Origin: a virus
Lineage: Duplodnaviria > Caudoviricetes
Length of the DNA: 35,752 nucleotides
Reading direction: 5' to 3' (one strand)
IMG/VR virus record: IMGVR_UViG_3300020727_000044
Location: 1 to 35,752 of that record
Made by a program: the position numbers and the translations under genes. This document shows, piece by piece, positions 8,060 through 16,981 of the stretch. The first letter of the stretch is position 1, and every line of letters starts with the position of its first letter. Below the pieces are notes generated by a model, which saw only the letters and a program-made list of their open reading frames with translations, searched no databases and was not told where the DNA came from.

Positions 8060-8389
8060 ATGATAAACACTCAATTAATAGGATATTTAGGTCAAGATTG
8101 TCAAGTAAATAATATAAATGGCAAAACGGTAATTAATTTTTCTGTAGCGCATAGCGAATCATGGACAGATTCAACAGGAGTTAAAAAAGAAAAATCAATA
8201 TGGGTGGCTTGTTCTTGGTGGGCTGACAATACAAAAATAGCTCAATATCTAAAAAAATCTACTCAAGTCTACGTTGAAGGATTACCAGAGGCAAAAACAT
8301 ATCAAAATAAGGCAGGAGAAACAATACCTCAGTTGCATTTAAGAGTAAAAATGTTACAATTATTGGGATCAAAAAAAGAAGAGATATAG
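8060..8389 (+). CDS. ssb: Single-stranded DNA-binding protein
   Basis: LIGYLGQD...NFSVA.SE.W...W..C..W...AQYLKK..QVYVEG OB-fold; lacks the long acidic tail. Confidence 0.92.
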   Translation: MINTQLIGYLGQDCQVNNINGKTVINFSVAHSESWTDSTGVKKEKSIWVACSWWADNTKIAQYLKKSTQVYVEGLPEAKTYQNKAGETIPQLHLRVKMLQLLGSKKEEI

Positions 8390-8395
8390 ATTTTT

Positions 8396-8428
8396 TTTGT
8401 TTTTTTAACAAAACTTTATATAATTTTG
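8396..8428 (+). promoter_or_regulatory. Consensus Bacteroidota sigma70 promoter
   Basis: TTTG(8396-8399)-N21-TAATTTTG(8421-8428). Confidence 0.75.
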
Positions 8429-8462
8429 TGTCGGAAGTTTAAAAAACCTTCCGACATTTTTT
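8429..8462 (+). terminator. Intrinsic terminator after ssb, overlapping the next promoter's start site
   Basis: TGTCGGAAG / CTTCCGACA 9-bp stem followed by T6. Confidence 0.7.
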
Positions 8463-9464
8463 ATGGCTAAAAGCTCAAGCAATACCCAAGAAATACCAAA
8501 TGAGGTAGTAAAAGAAGTTTTAAAGCAGAATAAAACTAAAATTAGAAAGATAAGACCGGATCATTATCTTTTTAAATTAACAGAAAAACCGGAAATTAAA
8601 GAAGATGGATTTCATGTAGGCGGTGGTTTTACCGTACTTGCTAAAGTAGATACTGTACTTTGGGCATATAAAGAAGATGAAGAATCAAGAGATGGAGATC
8701 CCGTTCCGTATAAATTAGACGAAGAAATACCATTCGGCCATGATTATTTTCAACCAAGAGATATTAGATACGTTCCAAATGTATCAACACCTTTTGTAGA
8801 TGAACAAAAAGGTATTAGAGAAAGAGAGCCAGGTCAGATACATCCTATTTTAGATAATGATAAAATTGCTCAAGAATTAACTTTTAGTCATGGTGAATTA
8901 AGAGTTTCAGGAACAAAGCAAAACTTGGTTAATTATCTTAGACTTACTAATCAATGTAGAAATCAGCATCCAAATGCTAGAAGGTTTAAACAAGTTAATA
9001 GCACTTATGAGCTTATTGATTTCTCATACATAGATGAAGCTAAGGTTAAAAAAGGTCAATTAAAAGAAACCGCATACGATACGGCAAGAACAGCAAGATT
9101 AGAAGAAATGTTGCCTCATGCTAAATATTTAGGAATACAAATGAAAACTCCAGATGGAGTAGATAGAGATACTGATAGCATTAGAAGCGATTATAAGGAT
9201 AAAGCTCTTTCCGATTCTGAAACTTTCTTAAATTCATTTAAAAATCCTAAAATTAAAATAATATCTCAAATAAGAACCCTAGTTGAAAAAAGTGAGATAG
9301 TATTTAGAAATGGTAATGCTTATTGGGCTAAAACGGATACTACAATTAAAACTTTAGACCCTTCAAAAGACCCATTTGAAAATTTAGCAGAGTTTAGTCT
9401 TACCGAAGATGGAGAAACTTTTGCAAATAATATAAGAGGAGTTATTTCTAACTTAGAAAGATAA
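8463..9464 (+). CDS. Conserved hypothetical protein of crAss-like structural modules
   Basis: 333 aa; IRY.....TPFVDEQ...F..G.L.V pattern recalled from Bacteroidota podoviruses; function unknown. Confidence 0.75.
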   Translation: MAKSSSNTQEIPNEVVKEVLKQNKTKIRKIRPDHYLFKLTEKPEIKEDGFHVGGGFTVLAKVDTVLWAYKEDEESRDGDPVPYKLDEEIPFGHDYFQPRDIRYVPNVSTPFVDEQKGIREREPGQIHPILDNDKIAQELTFSHGELRVSGTKQNLVNYLRLTNQCRNQHPNARRFKQVNSTYELIDFSYIDEAKVKKGQLKETAYDTARTARLEEMLPHAKYLGIQMKTPDGVDRDTDSIRSDYKDKALSDSETFLNSFKNPKIKIISQIRTLVEKSEIVFRNGNAYWAKTDTTIKTLDPSKDPFENLAEFSLTEDGETFANNIRGVISNLER

Positions 9465-9475
9465 TTATATAAATT

Positions 9476-9560
9476 ACGCTTAGAAATAGTGGCTCTAAGC
9501 GTGATTAAAGCCCACGACAAAGGGGATTAAGTAGCCACTACTGCTTAGTCCCTTTATTTT
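9476..9560 (+). promoter_or_regulatory. Structured RNA element: two hairpins with complementary loops, the second terminator-like
   Basis: Stem 9476-9484/9494-9502; stem 9520-9534/9541-9555; loops TAGTGG and CCACTA. Confidence 0.65.
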
Positions 9561-9574
9561 TAAATATATATGAT

Positions 9575-11677
9575 ATGCCTTCTGAAATAATATATGGTAT
9601 AGAGTGTAAAACACCTGAATTACCTTCTTTTTTGCCAAAAATAGGAGATAATAAATTTGTAAGGACTTCTATGCCTAAATTCATGAATGAGGTAGATAGA
9701 AATAAAGAAAATATTCCTATTTACAATGAGCAACAATTAGAATTCATTAATAAAGAACTTGATTATTGCGATAAAGGATATTGGTTTTATAATAATCATG
9801 AACTTACTTACATAACAGGTTTCTATTATTATTATCTTAATTATTGGATATTAGAAAATGGACTAAGACCTGAATACAGGGATAGCGATAGAAGATTTTT
9901 TTCATTTTTCCAAGAATGCTATAATGATCCTAGAATTATAGGAATATTAAGAGGTAAAAAACGTAGAGAAGGTGCTAGTAGTCAGGGTACTTGTATAGGA
10001 ACTAAAATAGCTACATTTTCTCCTAATAAAAATTATGGAAACGTTTCACTTAATGATGATTATGCCGAAAAGCTATATCAAAGTATGATATTGATTGGTT
10101 TTTTTAATTTGCCTGAATTTTTAAGACCAAGATTAGATTCTAGCGGAACTAATAAAAAGAAGTTGCATTTTATAGAAACTCCCAAAAGAGGAGATAATGG
10201 ATCAAGAAAAATAGAAGGTTTAAATTCTGAAATAAACTTTATGCCTACTATGCTTAACAGCTATGATTCAACTCGATTATCCTTTTTGTTGGGTGACGAG
10301 TGGGGTAAATGGGAAAAAGTTGATATAACTAGGTACTTTGCAGTAGTTAAGGAATGTGTTAAAATAGGAGCTAGAAAAGTAGGTTTTATATACGCCCCAA
10401 CAACTTTAAACCCTCCGGATAAAGGAGGTAATAATTTTAAAAAATTATGGGAAGGGTCTAATCAATTTGAAGATGGTAAATATTCTACATCTACCGGCAT
10501 GGTTAAATATTTTCAAAGCGCATATGATGGATTAGATGGATTTATAGATGAATTTGGAAAAAGTGTTATAGATGAACCAGATGAAGAAACATTAAATTTT
10601 TTAATTAAAAAACAATTAGAAATACCGGATGTTTCGGAAAGAGTTCCAACAGAAAGTTTGATATTAGGAGCGAGAAAATATCTTGAAGAAGAATACGATA
10701 AATTAAAATCGGAAGAACAAAAATCAGATTTTAAGAGAAAATTTCCTATAGTAGAGGATGATATGTTTGATTTTGGAACTAGCTTTTCCCCATTTAACAC
10801 AGCTAATATAACAAATAGGGAACTTGAATTAAAGAACTTTCCTGTGCCTTTAAGAAAAGGAATTTTAACTCATAAAAAACGTATTTATACAAATAATATG
10901 GGTGATGAAGATACCGATTATTGGGTTGATTTTGAAGATAATGAAAATGGTAATTGGTTAATATACTCGCTTCCGAAAGAGCCAAATATGTTTGAAGTAG
11001 ATAAAGAAAAAAAGATATTAAAAGCTACTAATACTTTAAATATTTCAATAGGAGTGGATACTTTTCGTTTTGATACCACAAAAGAATTGGGATCTATGGG
11101 TGCTATATGTGTAGGAAAAAAATTTGATTTGTCTAAATCAACTGGTGAAGAAGGTGGTGAAATAATGGCTTTGTATGTAGGGAGGCCTAAGTTAGTAGAG
11201 TTTTTTAATGAAGAAATAATGAAAGCCTGTTTATTTTGGGGAGGCAATGCAACAGTAGAGCATGATGCAGGCCAAGAATATAGAACCTATTTTAGTAATA
11301 GAATGAAAAATATTATGAATCTTAATTGTTTGCCATTGCTAGGAAGGAAGCCAAATGAGGCTATCGATCCAAATAGGGAAAATAGTGTAAAAAGTATAAC
11401 TACGACATCATCAGCAGACCCTTATGTATTTTCAAAACAAATTTCATTAGCTCAGATATATTTTGAAAAATATTGTCATAAAATATTCTTTTTACCAATA
11501 CTAGAAGATGCTAAAAGATTTAATCCGGATAATCGTACAAAATCGGATATTACAATCTCATTTATGATGTGTTTGTTAAATATGACTGGAGAAACTAAAG
11601 CAAAAAGTATAGAAACTAAGACATCTAAAGATAAGTTTATACCTCAATATAAAGTGAAAGGAAGTTTTTCATATTGA
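9575..11677 (+). CDS. terL: Terminase large subunit
   Basis: YITG.YY.YLNY, KKRREGAS (Walker A variant), LLGDEWGK (Walker B), IGVDTF and D...S nuclease motifs. Confidence 0.93.
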   Translation: MPSEIIYGIECKTPELPSFLPKIGDNKFVRTSMPKFMNEVDRNKENIPIYNEQQLEFINKELDYCDKGYWFYNNHELTYITGFYYYYLNYWILENGLRPEYRDSDRRFFSFFQECYNDPRIIGILRGKKRREGASSQGTCIGTKIATFSPNKNYGNVSLNDDYAEKLYQSMILIGFFNLPEFLRPRLDSSGTNKKKLHFIETPKRGDNGSRKIEGLNSEINFMPTMLNSYDSTRLSFLLGDEWGKWEKVDITRYFAVVKECVKIGARKVGFIYAPTTLNPPDKGGNNFKKLWEGSNQFEDGKYSTSTGMVKYFQSAYDGLDGFIDEFGKSVIDEPDEETLNFLIKKQLEIPDVSERVPTESLILGARKYLEEEYDKLKSEEQKSDFKRKFPIVEDDMFDFGTSFSPFNTANITNRELELKNFPVPLRKGILTHKKRIYTNNMGDEDTDYWVDFEDNENGNWLIYSLPKEPNMFEVDKEKKILKATNTLNISIGVDTFRFDTTKELGSMGAICVGKKFDLSKSTGEEGGEIMALYVGRPKLVEFFNEEIMKACLFWGGNATVEHDAGQEYRTYFSNRMKNIMNLNCLPLLGRKPNEAIDPNRENSVKSITTTSSADPYVFSKQISLAQIYFEKYCHKIFFLPILEDAKRFNPDNRTKSDITISFMMCLLNMTGETKAKSIETKTSKDKFIPQYKVKGSFSY

Positions 11678-11693
11678 TTTTAACAAAAAAATG

Positions 11694-11701
11694 TATCTTT
11701 G
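11694..11701 (+). promoter_or_regulatory. -7 promoter element upstream of portal
   Basis: TATCTTTG 18 nt before ATG 11720. Confidence 0.6.
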
Positions 11702-11719
11702 ACGATGTAATTATATCTT

Positions 11720-14107
11720 ATGGAAGAAAAATCTTCTAAACAAATTGTTAATTTTGACGGTTTTGATGCCGCTTTGTCGATGCATTTTGAATCTCCTCAT
11801 GAGAAACGAAAACTTTCTTATGGGTTAAAACTTGCAAAAAACTTTTGGGGTAATGTTTCAGTTGGTTATAATTCTTATTATGATTTAAGAAATTCCAACT
11901 GGGATAATAACAGAAAGTTTTCTGCTGGTAAAATAACCCATGACGAGTTTAAAGACTTATTAGGTATTCAAGGCACTAGATCATTTATCAATATAGATTT
12001 TGATATTGCTAAAATATTGCCTAAATATAAAGAGGCTCTAGTTGCAGGATGGATGGATAGGGATGAAGAACCTACTGTAAAAGCAACAGACATACTTAGC
12101 GTACAAGTTAAGCAGCGTGAAAAACTTATGGCTAAGTTTAGAATGGCTCATAAAGAGAAAATTGCTGCTGCCGAACAAATGGCCGGAAAGAAATTAGAAA
12201 CGGGATTTACTCCGGAAGATGAAAATGAATTAGATATTTGGGATAAATTAGAAAATAAACTTCCAGAAGAAGCCTTTTTTAAAAAAACTATTAAACAAAT
12301 ATTTGAAAACAATGATAGCGATGTATTAAAAAGATTAGATCTTTCTGATTTAGTTGAAGTCAATTGCGCTATTTCTAAAATAGAAAAGATTGTATCTTAT
12401 TCTAAAACTTTAAGTAATAGAATTAGATTAAGAAGATGTAAGCCGGAAAGATGCTTTTATAACATATTTGAAAGCCCTATAGGAAATGATATAAGAATAA
12501 TTGGAGAGGCTTACCCAATGTCAATATCAGAAGCAAGAAGAAGATTCCCGAAAATAACAGAAGAGCAATGGTTTAAAATAGCTGAAAAAGCTCAAAAAGC
12601 CTTGATTCAATCTCAGCCACTAACATGGACAGATAGTTGGATTAATACTCCTACAAGACCTTATGATGATTACTCTTTTATGGTATTTGATTTTGAAGTT
12701 AAAACCGTAGATAAAGACTACTATGTAAAGACTGAAAATCAATATGGTAATACAGTAGTAATACCTAAAAAAAGCAAACCAAATCCAACAGGTAAGCAAG
12801 AAATAAAGGGAGAAATTATAGATAATGAAAGATATAATATTTATTGCGGAATATGGGCAATAGATACAGAATTTATGATGGAATGGGATGTGGCTTCTAA
12901 TATGATTAGGCCATATCAAAATGGTGTTGATGCATTTATGAATTACACTATTGTAATGCCAAATGCAGACGGCACTTATCAACCCTCATTGCTTGAAAGA
13001 GGTATATCAAATGTTAGAGCAATGGCCTTATACAAGTTGAAGATTTCTCAAATGGTATCTTTAATGAAGGCAGATGGTATTTCTATTGATATAGATGGAT
13101 TGCAAGCAATAGATTTAGGTAATGGAGAAAAATATGATAAACTTACCTTAAAAAGAGTTTTTGATCAAACAGGCGAAATATGGTGGGATAGTGGAGATAC
13201 TACGGGAACTGGATTAGAAAGAAAATCAGCACCTCCGATTAATCCTCATTCAAATTCAGCAAATGTAGCTCAGATAAATACTCTTATTCAGCTTTACAAT
13301 TTTGAATTGCAAAATTTAAATTCGGAATTTGGAGTAAATGAAGATTTCTTAGGTGGGTCTGTTTCTGCAAAAAGAGGAGCAAAAGTTAGCGATAATCAAA
13401 TAACAGCAGCAAATAAGGCAACAGAATTTTTGTATAGACATTATCTTCTAAAAAGAGAAATGGAAGCTACAAAAATAGGATATATGCTTTGGGATATGAT
13501 AGTTCTTGAAAGCAATGATTATAAAAAAATGGCAGGTATTAGTTCTGATATGATTGATACCACTTTTGATATTAATTGGAAAATGTCATCTAAATCAGAC
13601 GATAGAGCTAAACTTGGAGAATATATACAAATTGCCCTTAAAGAGCAAATAATAGGATTAAGCACAGCCGCAAGACTTGGAGAGATTGACGATCATAAAG
13701 ATGCTATATTGTATCTTGAAAGAATGGAAAAGAAGGCTAGTCAAAGAGCGCAAGCGTCTAAGCAAAATGATATTCAAATGAATGCCCAAATGCAGCAGCA
13801 GTCATTACAAATGAAAGCTCAAGCAGAAGCAATGATAGAACAAGCTAAAGCTCAAAGAGAAGCTAGTACGGAAAAAGCTAAAGGAGATGCAAGGGCTTAT
13901 GAAGAAATGGTTAAAATGGTTAACAATGTAGTAATTAAGTCAATGGAAACAGGTGCGCCAATACCGGTTGAAATATCTGATTTAATGAAAACAATACAAA
14001 ATAATGTACTTAATCAAAGCATAGTTAAGCCAGCCCAAAAAGAACAAGCCGAGCAACAGGCGGCACAACAACAAGCTCAAGCTCAACAAATGCAATCACA
14101 GCAATAA
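11720..14107 (+). CDS. Portal protein
   Basis: 795 aa after terL; ILPKY, FDQTG, FGVNE...G patterns and Gln-rich coiled C-terminus typical of podoviral/crAss-like portals. Confidence 0.88.
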   Translation: MEEKSSKQIVNFDGFDAALSMHFESPHEKRKLSYGLKLAKNFWGNVSVGYNSYYDLRNSNWDNNRKFSAGKITHDEFKDLLGIQGTRSFINIDFDIAKILPKYKEALVAGWMDRDEEPTVKATDILSVQVKQREKLMAKFRMAHKEKIAAAEQMAGKKLETGFTPEDENELDIWDKLENKLPEEAFFKKTIKQIFENNDSDVLKRLDLSDLVEVNCAISKIEKIVSYSKTLSNRIRLRRCKPERCFYNIFESPIGNDIRIIGEAYPMSISEARRRFPKITEEQWFKIAEKAQKALIQSQPLTWTDSWINTPTRPYDDYSFMVFDFEVKTVDKDYYVKTENQYGNTVVIPKKSKPNPTGKQEIKGEIIDNERYNIYCGIWAIDTEFMMEWDVASNMIRPYQNGVDAFMNYTIVMPNADGTYQPSLLERGISNVRAMALYKLKISQMVSLMKADGISIDIDGLQAIDLGNGEKYDKLTLKRVFDQTGEIWWDSGDTTGTGLERKSAPPINPHSNSANVAQINTLIQLYNFELQNLNSEFGVNEDFLGGSVSAKRGAKVSDNQITAANKATEFLYRHYLLKREMEATKIGYMLWDMIVLESNDYKKMAGISSDMIDTTFDINWKMSSKSDDRAKLGEYIQIALKEQIIGLSTAARLGEIDDHKDAILYLERMEKKASQRAQASKQNDIQMNAQMQQQSLQMKAQAEAMIEQAKAQREASTEKAKGDARAYEEMVKMVNNVVIKSMETGAPIPVEISDLMKTIQNNVLNQSIVKPAQKEQAEQQAAQQQAQAQQMQSQQ

Positions 14108-14122
14108 AAATAAAAGTAATTT

Positions 14123-15007
14123 ATGCCTGATGATAAATTAGATAAAGTCGCATCATTAACGGGTAAATCAGAGCCATATAGAACACTTCCTTTAAGTGAT
14201 TATATTCAGCATACATCTCAGATTGAAGGTGGAGATCCTGATTTTAAAACAATGTTTCCGAAAGAAAAGATGCCCGAATTGCAAAAAAGAAATGAAGATT
14301 TTAGAAAAAAATATGGAGAATTTGCGGCAAATAGAGAATTTTGGGGCGATGCATTAATTAAAACAATAGGCACAAGAGGCTTTACTATAGGTTCGTCTAT
14401 ACAAAAAGCGGCAGAAGTAATGAATGTTGATCCAAAAGTTTTATTAGGAAATGCTATGGAAGAAGGGTTTTATAAAACAGCATACGGCAAAAGAGATGCA
14501 TATCCAGGATCTATTGTTGGTTTAGAAGATTTGCCAAAAGATTATGAAAAATTAAAAAATTATTTACCTGATTATTTAAAAAATAAAATAGAACTACAGG
14601 AAAAAAATGGTAGAAAAGTTCCTGTTTTTAAAGATCCGGAAGATATGTTAATAGCTTTAGGCGGTTATTTAAATATGTATAAAGACAAAGTTGAACAGTA
14701 TTCAAATGATAATAAATTAAAACTTTCTCCTAAAGCGTTAGATTTTTTTACAGCAGCGGCATATAATAGTTCAAAAAATACTGATATTGATAATACTAAA
14801 AAAATGATTCAATATTACAATTCAAAGGGATTATTAAAAAATGATAAATTTTTAACAGAAGATAATTTAGCTAAAGATAAATATGGCTCTATATATGAAA
14901 ATGCAAGAAGGAGATTTGATTCTGTAAATGGTTTATATAAAGAAATTGAATCAAAAAAAGGTGAATTAGAAAAAGTTGCATCATTAAATAAAAGTAATCA
15001 AAAATAA
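14123..15007 (+). CDS. Lytic transglycosylase (SLT)/lysozyme-like virion-associated protein
   Basis: IQKAAEVMNVDPKVLLGNAMEEG, DPEDMLIALGGYL, AAAYNS correspond to SLT motifs. Confidence 0.6.
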   Translation: MPDDKLDKVASLTGKSEPYRTLPLSDYIQHTSQIEGGDPDFKTMFPKEKMPELQKRNEDFRKKYGEFAANREFWGDALIKTIGTRGFTIGSSIQKAAEVMNVDPKVLLGNAMEEGFYKTAYGKRDAYPGSIVGLEDLPKDYEKLKNYLPDYLKNKIELQEKNGRKVPVFKDPEDMLIALGGYLNMYKDKVEQYSNDNKLKLSPKALDFFTAAAYNSSKNTDIDNTKKMIQYYNSKGLLKNDKFLTEDNLAKDKYGSIYENARRRFDSVNGLYKEIESKKGELEKVASLNKSNQK

Positions 15008-15011
15008 TAAA

Positions 15012-15656
15012 ATGGAAAATTCTCAATTACAAAAAATAATTGATTTATCTAAAAAGGATAAACAATCGACTGGTGATGATAAAAAAATGGAAACTAAGCC
15101 AAATTCAAACGATATAAAGCCATTTGTTAGTAAATCAGGCATAACTTATAATAATCCATTAATAAAAGATGAAAAAACATATTCTTCATTTACCAGTTTA
15201 TTAGATTCTCATAATAATAATCCATTCCAAACTGCGGAGTATATAGATTCTAAATTCTCATATAAAGTTCATGATCCTAATGAATTAAGAAAAGCTCAAA
15301 ATGAGCAAGATGCGCAAGAATCAAATAGATTATTTGAAGCATCCGGAGCTAAAGAATCTATATCAGAAATAGAAGATTTTCTTAGATTAGCAGCACAACA
15401 TAATATAACTTCTGAAAACATAGGAAAATTTGATCCAGGTGCTATATTTCAAGGTATGCAGAAAATGAGAGAAGAAGAGCATAGGCCTAAATATGATCGA
15501 ATGCATCCTAAATTTTTAGAAGGGGCTGCTAAAATTTTAAAAGATCAAGAGGAAAGAGTAAAAAATGTAAAATTAGGCGATAAAAAAGAGCAATTATCAA
15601 ATATAAAATTAATTAGCCAAGAAGCTCAAGAAGCTCAAAAAGCAAAAAAATCATAA
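15012..15656 (+). CDS. Hypothetical charged protein (possible internal head protein)
   Basis: 214 aa ORF in head module; no recognised motif. Confidence 0.7.
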   Translation: MENSQLQKIIDLSKKDKQSTGDDKKMETKPNSNDIKPFVSKSGITYNNPLIKDEKTYSSFTSLLDSHNNNPFQTAEYIDSKFSYKVHDPNELRKAQNEQDAQESNRLFEASGAKESISEIEDFLRLAAQHNITSENIGKFDPGAIFQGMQKMREEEHRPKYDRMHPKFLEGAAKILKDQEERVKNVKLGDKKEQLSNIKLISQEAQEAQKAKKS

Positions 15657-15659
15657 TTT

Positions 15660-15690
15660 TTTGTTAATTTATAAATTACTCGTAACTTCG
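15660..15690 (+). promoter_or_regulatory. Promoter for scaffold-capsid genes
   Basis: TTTG-N19-TAACTTCG, one mismatch to consensus. Confidence 0.6.
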
Positions 15691-15731
15691 TAAAGTAGTT
15701 TTAATAAACCTACTAATTAAAATAAACAGTT

Positions 15732-16880
15732 ATGGAAGAAAATCAAGTACCTGAAACAGTAGTAGAGCAAGTATCAGTAGAAGAAGTAGCATCCAAAAGT
15801 GGATGGGATTCTTTAAAACCTATAGAAGAATATGTTCCGATTGAGCAGAAAGAAGAAAGCGTAAATAATGCGCAACCTACTCAAGATGCAGCAATAGAAC
15901 AAAAAATAGAACCATCGTTTAACGAAAACGAATGGTTTAAAACAAAAAGTGGTGGTAAATATGAAAAGTGGGAAGATGTAGAAGCTCTTTTAAATAAGCA
16001 AACAGAGGTTGAAAAGCCATCTTTTGCAAACGAAACATCACAAAAAATATATGAAGCTATTTTAAATGGCAAGGAAGATGAACTTGCTGATTATTTTAGC
16101 AAAAAACAATTTGTAAAAAACTTAGCTACTCAACCAACAGAAGATGTAGTTAAGGCTTATATACAATCTCAAATACCTTCATTAACGCAACAGGAAGTAG
16201 AAAGGTATTATGAAAAGAATTATGGTGTAGATGAAGATAATTATAGTGACGAGATTGATTTAAGTATAGCAAAAAAAGAGGCAGAAAGTAAGTTAGAAAG
16301 AGTTAAATCAGATGCATTGAATTATTTCAATAGTCAGTCTGAAAAAGTCCAGTTACCTACTTTTGAGCAACAACAAGCGGTAGTAAATGGTTTTGATGCT
16401 GAAAATCCAATTAACCAATCGGTTATTCAGTTTGTAAGCAACAAAGCAAAAGCAATAAGTGACGAAATACCTTTTGAGTATGTTAATAGTCAGAATGGAG
16501 CTAATATTCAAGGCAAGATACCCTTAGATACGAAAGCCATCTCTGAATATGAATCAGCCGTAAATGGTAACGTTGCAGCGGTCATAGCAGCTAAATACTT
16601 TAAAAATGACGATTTTGATAGTAAAGCGTTCGCTCGTGATCAGTATATTTTAGATAATATTAGCGAAATCCTAAAAGGAAGTGCTGCTAAATCCTACAAT
16701 GAAGGTGTTCTTTCTAAGATTGCAAAGGACAAAAATATCAGAGTAGATGAGCAGCCTAACAGAACCGGAGCTTCTCCTAATACATCTCAAAATTTAGAGA
16801 TGGCAAGAGAATATAAGTTCAGAGGATTCCCGTTAGATTTTATCGAAAGCAAATTCGGAGTTAGTGCCGATCAGCTTTAA
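15732..16880 (+). CDS. Putative capsid scaffolding protein
   Basis: Acidic, helical 382 aa protein immediately upstream of the major capsid gene. Confidence 0.7.
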   Translation: MEENQVPETVVEQVSVEEVASKSGWDSLKPIEEYVPIEQKEESVNNAQPTQDAAIEQKIEPSFNENEWFKTKSGGKYEKWEDVEALLNKQTEVEKPSFANETSQKIYEAILNGKEDELADYFSKKQFVKNLATQPTEDVVKAYIQSQIPSLTQQEVERYYEKNYGVDEDNYSDEIDLSIAKKEAESKLERVKSDALNYFNSQSEKVQLPTFEQQQAVVNGFDAENPINQSVIQFVSNKAKAISDEIPFEYVNSQNGANIQGKIPLDTKAISEYESAVNGNVAAVIAAKYFKNDDFDSKAFARDQYILDNISEILKGSAAKSYNEGVLSKIAKDKNIRVDEQPNRTGASPNTSQNLEMAREYKFRGFPLDFIESKFGVSADQL

Positions 16881-16981
16881 GGTATTAGTACACCTTTGTG
16901 AAAACATTAAAGTCCTAAATTTTAATAGAGTTTATTAAACCTCTCGCAAAATCTATTAAAAAATTTAATAAATATTAAAAA

